A stretch of 28,045 nucleotides of DNA from a virus (IMGVR_UViG_3300042889_001305), one strand, 5' to 3'. Positions 15,486 through 24,764 are shown, numbered from the stretch's first letter. Numbers and translations: made by a program. The notes: generated from the letters alone by a model not told the origin.

Positions 15486-16171
15486 TACATATGACAATTT
15501 AATAGTGAGTTATCGGAATCATCGTTTGATTTCGTATAAATCTCAAATTTAGATAAATCAGGATACGATAATTCTAAATCTATATTCGATTTTTTTTCAC
15601 CTTTTGATGTGTAAAATTGATTCATCAACAATAATCCTCTTGCAGCTAATTCAGGCATCATATAAAAATTCCATCCTAACATATCAAAGTGGTCTTCGTG
15701 GTATGAACATTCTCTTCTACCACTATATCTCGCTCTTCTGAACCAGAAATATGCTTCCTCACTATCAGTTAAAATAGCACCACCTTTACTTAATTTAAAA
15801 TGTTTATAAGGACCAGTAAATGAAACACACATATGAGTTCCTTCTTTGTACATATCTGCCGTAAAACTTAATGCACTATCCCATACATTACTACCTTTTA
15901 AATTGTATGCACCTTTTATAGTTTTACCCTTTACGGGTTCAAAATCAACTTTCAATCCTGCATGAATAATTTCACACGGAACCGATGGATATGTTCTACA
16001 AGGTATAGAAACTATTCCATTTGGTATAGTTTTTTTGACATGGTGTTCGTAGTATAATGCCAAAAATAAAGCATTACTCATATTATCAAGTGTTACTACA
16101 TAGGGTGCACCAGTGTAATCACCTAATGCCTTTTCAAAGTCTTCTGTTATTTTATAAATTCCGTTTGCCAT
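15485..16171 (-). CDS. Short DegT/DnrJ/EryC1/StrS-family PLP sugar aminotransferase
   Basis: Start reassigned to ATG 16171. FEKALGDYTGAPY, NALFLAL, WDSA (PLP Asp), SFTGPYKH (PLP Lys) ..KGGAILTD, GWNFYMMPELAARGL. 228 aa. Confidence 0.8.
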   Translation of the reverse strand: MANGIYKITEDFEKALGDYTGAPYVVTLDNMSNALFLALYYEHHVKKTIPNGIVSIPCRTYPSVPCEIIHAGLKVDFEPVKGKTIKGAYNLKGSNVWDSALSFTADMYKEGTHMCVSFTGPYKHFKLSKGGAILTDSEEAYFWFRRARYSGRRECSYHEDHFDMLGWNFYMMPELAARGLLLMNQFYTSKGEKKSNIDLELSYPDLSKFEIYTKSNDDSDNSLLNCHM

Positions 16172-16184
16172 ATTATTATAATTT

Positions 16185-16925
16185 TTATTTTCCGTATTTT
16201 TGCCAATCGTTATGTTTAAATAATCCTTCACCGTGTGCAACACTATAATTTTGTTGTGCCCACCATTTACTAATATTTCCTTCTAATGAAATTCCTTCAC
16301 CTGCAAATGGTTTGACTGTATCTAAATAAAATTGTTTTTTATAAAGACATGGGTTGTTTGTCCAATTACCATAACGAGAACTTGCTAAAAAATATTCACC
16401 AAATTGACCAATATATTCTGGAAATTCTTTTTTAGGGTCTAACCAATGTAATGAATCTAAAAGATGTGGTGATGTACATTCAATTTCATCATCATAATAA
16501 GTTAATTCTTTTCCTATATTTCTAAATGAAAAATGTGGATTGCCTGGTTGTGCTCTATGTCTATATCTTACAACATCAACACTACCACCTAATAATTCTA
16601 GTCCAGATTCTAATCTTTCATAGGTAGTTTCTTTATTCTCTATCAGATTCCAATCGTGTTCTAATACCAAAATATTATCACTTTGAGCAGATTCTGTCAA
16701 TCTAATAAACGCTTGACCAATTCCTATATTCTTTTGTAAACCTATAAAATCTAAACCAAAATGAGTTGCAATTTCAATATCTTGTGGAGTTACTTCTTGA
16801 AATAGAATCGTAACATCGTTTACCATATCGAATAGCCCATTTTCGTAATAGGTAGTTAGTGTATCTACAAGGACTTGCCCACTATTCCAGGCTAATATCC
16901 CTATACTAATTGGTAATTTTTTCAT
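16185..16925 (-). CDS. GT-A fold (GT2-like) glycosyltransferase
   Basis: SIGILAWN, NIGIGQA, NILVLEHDW, WTNNPCLY. Confidence 0.6.
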   Translation of the reverse strand: MKKLPISIGILAWNSGQVLVDTLTTYYENGLFDMVNDVTILFQEVTPQDIEIATHFGLDFIGLQKNIGIGQAFIRLTESAQSDNILVLEHDWNLIENKETTYERLESGLELLGGSVDVVRYRHRAQPGNPHFSFRNIGKELTYYDDEIECTSPHLLDSLHWLDPKKEFPEYIGQFGEYFLASSRYGNWTNNPCLYKKQFYLDTVKPFAGEGISLEGNISKWWAQQNYSVAHGEGLFKHNDWQKYGK

Positions 16926-16936
16926 AACTTATATTT

Positions 16937-17581
16937 TTAATTTCCGAATTTTGCTGACAAATGATTAATCCAATTTATTCCGTCTTGTTTTTTCAATTCA
17001 CTTAGTTCTGGTAAATCACAAGTAGTACTCATTTCGGTTTCTACTCTAAATCCTCTTAAAATTGATTTTTTTACAGGATTTATTTCTTTTATAAAGTTAT
17101 CACCATACCATACTATTAAATCATCAGGTATATGCACCCACATTGATTTCTTTAAAAACATCAAACTACCCCATCCACTATCATTTACACCGGAATACCA
17201 TTCTTCTAAATATGGATTCCCATCATAGTTAAAATTTTCATTAAAATTTCCTTCTCCCATACCGATGATACCATGTGTATCCAATATTTCATTATCCAAT
17301 ACTTCTAAAATAATTGGATTAAAATTTATATCATCATTACAAATAGCAATCAACTCATTTGAAGCTAACTTTACACCCTTATTCCATGCCGGATTACATC
17401 CGATATTTTTACCTTCACAAATATATTTTTGTTTTGGATGTGGTTCTAAACTAGGTTCTAAATTTCCAGAATTATCGATAATTATGATTTCATCTACTAA
17501 CTCATGAGTTTGTAAATCCTCAACCAATTTTTTCAATCTCGGTGATTTTAACATTGTTGGTATAACTGCAGTATATTTCAT
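16937..17581 (-). CDS. GT2-family glycosyltransferase
   Basis: AVIPT, IIIIDNS, NIGCNPAWNKG, IAICNDDI, WYGDN. Confidence 0.75.
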   Translation of the reverse strand: MKYTAVIPTMLKSPRLKKLVEDLQTHELVDEIIIIDNSGNLEPSLEPHPKQKYICEGKNIGCNPAWNKGVKLASNELIAICNDDINFNPIILEVLDNEILDTHGIIGMGEGNFNENFNYDGNPYLEEWYSGVNDSGWGSLMFLKKSMWVHIPDDLIVWYGDNFIKEINPVKKSILRGFRVETEMSTTCDLPELSELKKQDGINWINHLSAKFGN

Positions 17582-17599
17582 AATTGGGTTTTTTATTTA

Positions 17600-18595
17600 T
17601 TATTTTGTTTTCCAAAAGGAATAAATTCCATTATCTAACTCATAGGACGACCAGACAAATCTTTCTCTTTTAGGTTGTTCTTTTGCCCATTTCCACATAT
17701 CATTCAATCCATTTTCAAACTGAGTTTTATGTTCAAATCCTAAGATATCAATTGATTTTTGAAACGTAGGTATAGAATGTTTAACTTCATGTCTACCCTC
17801 TTTATAAACCACTTCCCCACCACCAATTATTTTTTTCAAAATTTTATTTGCATCGTTGATACTCCACTCTTCAATTCCACCCAAATTAATGATTTCTTTG
17901 GATGCTTCTGGTCTTATTGCTGAGTTCCATAGTGGTTCAACGATATCATCTATATAACTAAATGCTCTAGTTTGTTCACCATCTCCAAATATAGTCATTG
18001 GTTCTCCATTCAAATGTTGGTACATCCAAATCCCCAATACATTACGATATTTGTCCCAAATATTTTGTTTAATACCATATACATTATGAGGTCTGATAAT
18101 ACACCAATCTAATCCATGTTGTTCACCTGCAATTTGTATATCCATTTCACAACCATACTTTGCAACTCCATATGGGTCGATTGGTTTTGGTATTTGGTTT
18201 TCATCAAATATTCCACCATAACCATGTCCGTATACTGCAAGAGTTGAGGTAAATACCAATCTTTTAACATCGTGCTTAATACATTGATTAACTATTCTTG
18301 CAGTTGCTACTAAATTATTTTCATAATTGTATTGTCTAATGAATGGCGATAACCCTTCTGCTGCATATGCTGCAAAATGAAATACATAATCAAATTTATG
18401 AACTTCAAAGCAATTTTCAATTGGATGTGTTACCAAATTCATTTGCCAAAATTCAACTTTTTCGTTTATGTTTTCTCTATAACCACCACTCAAATCATCG
18501 ATACCTACTACTTCTATTTCTGGATGAGTTTCTACTAACCAATCTGCTAATCTACTACCCAATAATCCTGCTACTCCTGTAATTAAAACTTTCAT
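17600..18595 (-). CDS. NAD-dependent nucleotide-sugar epimerase/dehydratase (extended SDR)
   Basis: ITGVAGLLG, DDLSGG, HFAAYA, TSTLAVYG, YGVAK (YxxxK), RPHNVYG, GDGEQTRAFSYIDD. Confidence 0.9.
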   Translation of the reverse strand: MKVLITGVAGLLGSRLADWLVETHPEIEVVGIDDLSGGYRENINEKVEFWQMNLVTHPIENCFEVHKFDYVFHFAAYAAEGLSPFIRQYNYENNLVATARIVNQCIKHDVKRLVFTSTLAVYGHGYGGIFDENQIPKPIDPYGVAKYGCEMDIQIAGEQHGLDWCIIRPHNVYGIKQNIWDKYRNVLGIWMYQHLNGEPMTIFGDGEQTRAFSYIDDIVEPLWNSAIRPEASKEIINLGGIEEWSINDANKILKKIIGGGEVVYKEGRHEVKHSIPTFQKSIDILGFEHKTQFENGLNDMWKWAKEQPKRERFVWSSYELDNGIYSFWKTK

Positions 18596-18598
18596 ATA

Positions 18599-19189
18599 TT
18601 ATAATTTTAAGAAATCCTCTACTGATATTATATTCATAAGTTGCCATTTGTGTAAATTATAATAACTATATGTTAAATAATTTTCATTAGTCATATATGG
18701 TATGTTTGTTCCTGGTTTAATCAATCCACACCCCAAATCGGAATCAATTACTTTAATGTCTAAATCAATTCTTTCAACTCTCAATTCTGCAATTGCTTTC
18801 CAAACATCACCCAACCATATACCGCCATGGTCGTTTCTTTCTTGCATATGTTCGGTTGTTGGTAAACAATCATGACATACAATAATTCCACTATCCGATA
18901 AATGAGTTAAAGAGTTTTCAATATCTCTTAATACTTGGTCATCGTGATGTAATCCATCTATAAAAATAATATCAAATTTTACATCTTCTAATATTGATTG
19001 AAAGTATTCATCAGATGTACCAACAAATGTTACTTCTCCTTTTGGAAATGGGTCTACCGATACTTTATTTTCAATTTCTATTTTATTGAAATTTGAATTG
19101 GGGTCTTGTGTTCCAACTTCTAAATAAGATTTATAATTGTTTTTTTTAATTAAGATATTAATAATATCCCATCTATTTAAATAATTCAT
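18599..19189 (-). CDS. Class I SAM methyltransferase (Methyltransf_24-like)
   Basis: YLEVG, FDIIFIDGLH, GIIVCHD, GDVWKAI. Confidence 0.8.
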   Translation of the reverse strand: MNYLNRWDIINILIKKNNYKSYLEVGTQDPNSNFNKIEIENKVSVDPFPKGEVTFVGTSDEYFQSILEDVKFDIIFIDGLHHDDQVLRDIENSLTHLSDSGIIVCHDCLPTTEHMQERNDHGGIWLGDVWKAIAELRVERIDLDIKVIDSDLGCGLIKPGTNIPYMTNENYLTYSYYNLHKWQLMNIISVEDFLKL

Positions 19190-19193
19190 ATTT

Positions 19194-19418
19194 TTATTCT
19201 GGTTGTTGGAATACTTCTATACATAATACGTTCTTATCGTTTACTAAAATCATTCTACCATCACTTGTCATAAGTTTAGTAAACTGACCTTGCTTAATAT
19301 AATCTGATTCTATATTTTCAAAAGTTCGTTTTTCTCCACCTACAAAATGTATTATTTGAGTGACAAATTTTCCTTGTGCTTTAACGCTTGATTGACAATC
19401 TAATTTTAATAATGCCAT
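19194..19418 (-). CDS. Hypothetical small beta-rich protein
   Basis: 74 aa. TAATG overlap with the upstream glycosyltransferase gene supports translation. Confidence 0.65.
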   Translation of the reverse strand: MALLKLDCQSSVKAQGKFVTQIIHFVGGEKRTFENIESDYIKQGQFTKLMTSDGRMILVNDKNVLCIEVFQQPE

Positions 19419-20305
19419 TATTTAATTTTTTTAAAATTATTAAATTCCGTTATTAACTTATCTACTCGTTGTATTTGAGTATGGTTATTTAAAACCTTAT
19501 TCATTCCGTTTAAGGCAATACGATTAAGTTCATCTCTATTTTCATTATAATAATTTATCTTTTCAATACAATCTAACATATTATCATAATAAACTATTTC
19601 TTCACCCTCTATAAACATTTCAGAAAGACCAGTTGATTCTCTTAATCTATCAGTTATAACCATCTTACCACATGCCATTCCTTCAAATAATCTACGAGTT
19701 ATTTCTCCCCATCTACTATTCTGAATAACCATTAAACCACTATTCAAAAATTCAGTATGTTCTATTGCATTCATTCCGTTTCGGTTTCCAATTAGACCCT
19801 CACCCCATTCCGTAAGGTAATCTAAAAATTCAGAACCACCTCTTCCTCTACTTGTAACCGCAACATATTGAGGTCTTTCATTCATTGGAAATTGAACTGC
19901 CGTATCTGCCCAATGGGAAACCCAATCAGCAGTTATACCTCTTTTTCTATATTCTTCTGCCGATACTTTATCCGGTGTTATTGTATAATGAAACCTACTT
20001 GCTTTTGGATAGTTTCTTACAAAGTTTTGTGGGTCATCTCCACTTTCTTGTATCCAAAATGTATTTGGTTTTAATGATTTATCTAACCACTTAGAATCAA
20101 TTCTACCCCAATCCATAAATAATACAATATCAGTTGGAATATCTTGTTGAATCCATAATTGTAATTGAGAATCATCAGTTGCAGTTATTGAAACTATTTC
20201 AGTTTCCCATCCTCTCTTTTGGAATTCATTTAATAATGATAAAGGAGTTGACCACGTTTCATTTGGAGCGTGGTTATATACGAATGTTATTTTAGATGGT
20301 TGCAT
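19418..20305 (-). CDS. GT-B glycosyltransferase, CgeB/Glyco_trans_1_2-like
   Basis: C-terminal RRLFEGMACGKMVITD...GEEIVYY...IALNGMNKVLNNHT..QRV. Confidence 0.8.
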   Translation of the reverse strand: MQPSKITFVYNHAPNETWSTPLSLLNEFQKRGWETEIVSITATDDSQLQLWIQQDIPTDIVLFMDWGRIDSKWLDKSLKPNTFWIQESGDDPQNFVRNYPKASRFHYTITPDKVSAEEYRKRGITADWVSHWADTAVQFPMNERPQYVAVTSRGRGGSEFLDYLTEWGEGLIGNRNGMNAIEHTEFLNSGLMVIQNSRWGEITRRLFEGMACGKMVITDRLRESTGLSEMFIEGEEIVYYDNMLDCIEKINYYNENRDELNRIALNGMNKVLNNHTQIQRVDKLITEFNNFKKIK

Positions 20306-20918
20306 AGAAAGAGTTTTGTTTTTCCTGTCTTTCTATTTGTTTATGATGATATAAACAAAATTGTTCTTCTGCTGGAAAATTTGAGAATGTATTGTATCCA
20401 GTAATTCTTTCATGTACTTTCCCCATCCATGTAACATCATCCGTATTCTTATATATTCTTGTCTGATAATCAGGAAAGTTTACCCATTGGGTTTCGTTTA
20501 CATTCCAACCCCACTTTTGAATATGAGATTGAGTTAAACCTTCGACCGTATTGATTCGCGGGACAAATACAATATCTACATTATTACTATCCAACACTTC
20601 CCCTAATATTTCTATTAGATATTCATGTGGAATCTCATCAGCATCTATTTGAAAAATATAATCCTTTGAACAATGTGATTTAAGATTATTTTTGAATGAT
20701 GCAAAATCGTTATTTAATGAAAATCCAACCACTTTGTGATTGGAATGTATTACATTGATTAAATTAAGATAATCCGTTACATCTTTAGTAACCGATGCTT
20801 CATCATATTGAATAACAATTTCATCTTCTTCTCTAATATGTAATTGTAAAAAATTAAGAAGTTGTGTCAACTCATCAATTTCATTACAAACTGTAACTGC
20901 GTAACTTATACTAGCCAT
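20292..20918 (-). CDS. GT2-family glycosyltransferase (beta-1,4-glucosyltransferase-like)
   Basis: ISYAVTVCNE, DFASFKN, YIFQIDADE, PDYQTRIY, W.GKVHE. Confidence 0.85.
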   Translation of the reverse strand: MASISYAVTVCNEIDELTQLLNFLQLHIREEDEIVIQYDEASVTKDVTDYLNLINVIHSNHKVVGFSLNNDFASFKNNLKSHCSKDYIFQIDADEIPHEYLIEILGEVLDSNNVDIVFVPRINTVEGLTQSHIQKWGWNVNETQWVNFPDYQTRIYKNTDDVTWMGKVHERITGYNTFSNFPAEEQFCLYHHKQIERQEKQNSFYATI

Positions 20919-21432
20919 CTTTTTCGTTTATTTCTTTTTTAATAACTTCTCGTCTATCTGAAGCAGTATTTCCTTCTTTAAATATTTCTTGTAAAAATCC
21001 ATCTTCAAATCTAATTTCCCAAACATTTTGAATTTTATCTAAAAAGTAAGTTCTATAATTGTCTAATTTATGTGAATAGATTGTTCTATTTCTTTTTACA
21101 TGTGTTTCAAATAATTGTTGTCCATCTTTAGCCATTAGTTTAAGTAATTCGCTTAAGGGTTGGTCTTTTTCAATTGGTTTTGTTTTATCTCTAAGTTTAT
21201 TTAAAAATGTAATAAAATTAGCAGGCAAGACGTGATTCAATAAAAGACAATGAATTTTGTTATCAATTTTACCAATTACAAATACATATCTACTTTCCAT
21301 CCCAACTTTTGTTGGTGGTACACCATCAACATATGTAGAAATACGATAAACGTTTCTAGGTAAAATTAGTGATTTACTAATTCTTCGTTCCGGTTTTAAT
21401 ATTTCTTTATACTGATTAGTATAGAATTGCAT
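20911..21432 (-). CDS. Hypothetical protein; possible remote homolog of the T4-type DNA end-protector gp2
   Basis: 173 aa ORF fills the gap. Segments PRNVYRISTY, CLLLNHVLP..FITFL and YRTYFLDKI resemble the gp2 family pattern as I recall it. Tentative. Confidence 0.4.
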   Translation of the reverse strand: MQFYTNQYKEILKPERRISKSLILPRNVYRISTYVDGVPPTKVGMESRYVFVIGKIDNKIHCLLLNHVLPANFITFLNKLRDKTKPIEKDQPLSELLKLMAKDGQQLFETHVKRNRTIYSHKLDNYRTYFLDKIQNVWEIRFEDGFLQEIFKEGNTASDRREVIKKEINEKDG

Positions 21433-21433
21433 T

Positions 21434-22720
21434 TTATAATTTGTTTAGTTTAGGTAATTTTAATTCAACACGAGTTGTAACTTTAACATATTTGTTAAGT
21501 AAATTGCCAAATACTTCTGTCATTTTTGTTAATGAAAAATTATTTTTAATATTTGATTGTAATCCCTTTGAACTATCTAAATATTTATTATAATTTTTAA
21601 ATACATCCATTATTTTTTGTGCTGCAGTTGAATAATTTACGGAGAACCATTGTGATTCCGCCATTAAGAATTGGTTTGCTGCTGATGGGTGGACATTTGT
21701 TAATTCTCCATCCAAATAAATAGTATTAGTTTCAGGTAAAAAATCAGTCAATCCACTCCATTTTGAAACTATAATAGGTTTACCCGTTGTAGCAAACTCT
21801 GCAAGTGGTCTACCATACCCTTCACCCTTAGTAAATGATAACATAGCCTTTACTTTTGGATGATGATATAAATTTGCTATTTCGCTTGATTTCATATCTC
21901 CAAATAATAAATAAATAGGTGGACAGTTTTCACCATATTCTTTTGTTATGGTTTTAATTTTTTCACTAATCTCTTCTCTATCGATAATACTAAATCCAGC
22001 CATAGATGTTTTTAATATCAAACCGGGTTGTTTATTTTTTGGAACGGATTTAAAAATAGTACAAAATGTTTTAATTAACATTCCTACATCTTTTCTGTCT
22101 TGTCCTAAATCTCCACTCAACCAATGACCTACAAATAAGAAATTAAAATCAGTTTCAATTTTTTTATCTAATTTTTCAGTATTAATAAGAACATCAGTTT
22201 CTTGATTAGTTCTATTTAAAAAAATATCTAAATCAACTCCTTCGAAAAGAACTTCAATTGGAGTTTGAACACTTATATCTCTAATTTTTTGACCTGATGC
22301 TTTATCCACTTCAGAAAACGAAGTTTTTTGTAATACCTCTTTTGTAAAGTTAGATGGTACTAAAACTAAATCCATTCTATTACAACCATCAATAAAATCC
22401 TTTGGTGCTAAAGTAGTTTCAACTCCTGCGGTAATACCAATATTGTATTTACCCATTTTTTTAAATTCATTAGCAACTGTAACCTGAATATATACATCCG
22501 GTTCTCTATCTAACGTTGTAATGACACTACTCAATACTTTTTTACTAAATTCACTCACACCATCGAGTTGATTTTGTGGTGTAGAACCCCAACGAGTTGG
22601 TACTACTTTCACATCATATTTATCTAAATCAAATAAACTCTGAAGTAAATCTCTACTATGGTCACCATATCCACTCCTTGTAAAAACTGGTGCTTGAAAT
22701 ACTAATAATGGTTTGCTCAT
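21434..22720 (-). CDS. GT-B (GT4-like) glycosyltransferase
   Basis: RSGYGDHSR, FLFVGHW...DRKDVG, GEGYGRPLAE...GKPIIVS.WSG..DFL. Confidence 0.85.
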   Translation of the reverse strand: MSKPLLVFQAPVFTRSGYGDHSRDLLQSLFDLDKYDVKVVPTRWGSTPQNQLDGVSEFSKKVLSSVITTLDREPDVYIQVTVANEFKKMGKYNIGITAGVETTLAPKDFIDGCNRMDLVLVPSNFTKEVLQKTSFSEVDKASGQKIRDISVQTPIEVLFEGVDLDIFLNRTNQETDVLINTEKLDKKIETDFNFLFVGHWLSGDLGQDRKDVGMLIKTFCTIFKSVPKNKQPGLILKTSMAGFSIIDREEISEKIKTITKEYGENCPPIYLLFGDMKSSEIANLYHHPKVKAMLSFTKGEGYGRPLAEFATTGKPIIVSKWSGLTDFLPETNTIYLDGELTNVHPSAANQFLMAESQWFSVNYSTAAQKIMDVFKNYNKYLDSSKGLQSNIKNNFSLTKMTEVFGNLLNKYVKVTTRVELKLPKLNKL

Positions 22721-22730
22721 ATTTTATTTT

Positions 22731-23156
22731 TTATTTTCCTGTTGAACCGAAACCTCCGGCTCCTCTTTCGGTATTATTTAATTCATTTACTTCTGTCCAT
22801 TCTACGATTGGGTGTGGTATGATTATAAGTTGACACACTCTATCTCCCACTTTATATGCTAGGGAATCAAGTCCATTAGATTTAACGAATGTTGCTTGAA
22901 GTTCTCCTCTATATCCAGCATCAACTACTCCAACTGAATTGCTTAAAATAAGTTCCGTATTTCTAATAGATGAACGCGGGAAAATTAAACCCATAAACCC
23001 ATCTGGTATTTCTAATGCTATACCCAATCCGTATGTTATTTGAAATGTAGTATTCTCTTTAATTGATGTTGCTACCAAATCCATGCCCGCATCACTTTCT
23101 TTTGCGTAAAATGGGAGTATTGCATTTTCTTGTAACCTTTTTATATTAACTTTCAT
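22731..23156 (-). CDS. dut: Trimeric dUTPase
   Basis: AGMDL, PRSS, GVVDAGYRGE, GDRVCQLI, RGAGGFGSTG (all five motifs). Confidence 0.97.
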   Translation of the reverse strand: MKVNIKRLQENAILPFYAKESDAGMDLVATSIKENTTFQITYGLGIALEIPDGFMGLIFPRSSIRNTELILSNSVGVVDAGYRGELQATFVKSNGLDSLAYKVGDRVCQLIIIPHPIVEWTEVNELNNTERGAGGFGSTGK

Positions 23157-23157
23157 A

Positions 23158-24552
23158 TTATTTTAATTTATATAATCCAAATCTATCTTTAGGTCTCCAA
23201 TTTTGGAAAGCTGTTTCCATACCATCAGAAAGAGTTTTACACATATTTGTATGATTTAATCCACCTTCGTTTAACATCCATTCCCTGCCCGCTAAACCTC
23301 TCTTTTTACGGTCTTTCTTAGGAATATCATACCAATACTTCATTGCATCAGCAACTTCGTAAATATCAACCTTATCATCAATAATATATGGCGTTGGAAC
23401 TGAACCTACAAGTGTTTGAACTTTACTGAATACTGGGTTAACCCATTCTCCATGTCCTAACTTATCTGCCCATACTCTCCAATCATGTACCGAACCGATT
23501 TTCACATAATCTTCTGCCGTTAATTCTTTACCATCTAATGTAAATGCACATTGGTCTTGTAATCCACCCGTAACGTTTACAATAATAGGAGTTCCGGCCA
23601 TTACTGATTCTGCAGTTGTTAATCCAAATCCTTCGTTACCTGCAATGTTAATAGTAACATCTGATAAGTTATAATACCAATTTAATTCCTCTTGTGAAAT
23701 TCTAGTTTCTGAGAACTTAACTTCGTAATCAGGACAAATGGTTTCCTTTACTTTAAACAAATCCGTTCCGTTTTGGTCAACCGCTTGGGTATGCATAATT
23801 AGGCAAGTCTTATCTCTATCTTCAATTGGTAAAGAATCTACAAAGCGTTTATATGCCCAAATGACATCGGATGGTTGTTTTCGTTTGATATTACGATTCA
23901 TCCAAAATAGGACAAATTTATAATCTTTATCACCTAATACTCTTTTACGGAATTCATCAGGTACTTCAGCAGGTTTGAAGGTATTTGAGTTAATACCATG
24001 CGGTACATATGATACTTGCCAATCTTCAAGGGGTTTGAATGTTGGTGAATCAGTTCTTTGTCCTACTCTTCGTACAATACCATATGTTTGTTTAGAAATA
24101 CATCCTAACCAATCACAACTCTCATAATAATCTCTATTATATTGAGGGTCTGGTAAATCATCCCAAATATGATAAAAGAAAATAGGTACGTTTTCACGTA
24201 ATTCTGCTTCCATATCATACAACCATCTCCAATAACGAGGGTCGGTAAAGTGTAGGATTGCATCAGGTTGATGTCTCATTATTAACTCGCGTAAAATATC
24301 AGCATCACCATAACCACTCCACGGAACGATTTTAACTGAAGCATCAAATACACCACTAATTTTTCTAGCATCATCACCTAAATCAATTTCTCTACCTTTT
24401 TCAGGATGTTCTACTGCTGCACCTAATTGTATCCAATCGTACTTATCCAATGTACCAAAAATTAATTCTTTTGATACAGTTGCTATACCAGAGGACATTC
24501 TGAAATCATCGGATAATAAAAGAATTTTCTTTTTCTTTCTTACTTCTGTCAT
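23158..24552 (-). CDS. GT-B (GT4-like) glycosyltransferase
   Basis: KILLLSDD...SGIATV, YVPHGI, NRNIKRKQP, NEGFGLTTAESVMAGTPII...TGGLQDQ. Confidence 0.85.
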   Translation of the reverse strand: MTEVRKKKKILLLSDDFRMSSGIATVSKELIFGTLDKYDWIQLGAAVEHPEKGREIDLGDDARKISGVFDASVKIVPWSGYGDADILRELIMRHQPDAILHFTDPRYWRWLYDMEAELRENVPIFFYHIWDDLPDPQYNRDYYESCDWLGCISKQTYGIVRRVGQRTDSPTFKPLEDWQVSYVPHGINSNTFKPAEVPDEFRKRVLGDKDYKFVLFWMNRNIKRKQPSDVIWAYKRFVDSLPIEDRDKTCLIMHTQAVDQNGTDLFKVKETICPDYEVKFSETRISQEELNWYYNLSDVTINIAGNEGFGLTTAESVMAGTPIIVNVTGGLQDQCAFTLDGKELTAEDYVKIGSVHDWRVWADKLGHGEWVNPVFSKVQTLVGSVPTPYIIDDKVDIYEVADAMKYWYDIPKKDRKKRGLAGREWMLNEGGLNHTNMCKTLSDGMETAFQNWRPKDRFGLYKLK

Positions 24553-24569
24553 TTACTTAAAATTAAAAA

Positions 24570-24764
24570 TTAAAATTGTGAACCACTTGCGTGTAATTCT
24601 GAATACTCATTAATCTGAGTTCTAAATGTTTCGTCTTCAATGTATTTGTTTAAAGAACGATTAACTAATTTTTGTAGTGTGATGTTTGATTCAAACGATA
24701 ATTGTTTGAATTTTGAATAAACATCTTTTACGATTTTGACCGTAGTCAGTTTTGTATTTGTCAT
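24570..24764 (-). CDS. Ribbon-helix-helix (Arc/MetJ/CopG-like) DNA-binding protein
   Basis: Start reassigned to ATG 24764 (AGGAGAG upstream). 64 aa: strand LTTVKI, helix KDVYSKFKQLS, helix TLQKLVNRSLNKY. Confidence 0.65.
   Translation of the reverse strand: MTNTKLTTVKIVKDVYSKFKQLSFESNITLQKLVNRSLNKYIEDETFRTQINEYSELHASGSQF

Noticed and set aside
8170-24552. Ordinary bacterial O-antigen/capsule locus on a host chromosome
   Set aside because: It lacks wzx/wzy/wzz or ABC export genes and is interleaved with dut and flanked by gp44/gp62-like genes and a lone groES. A phage origin fits better, though this cannot be proven from 28 kb.
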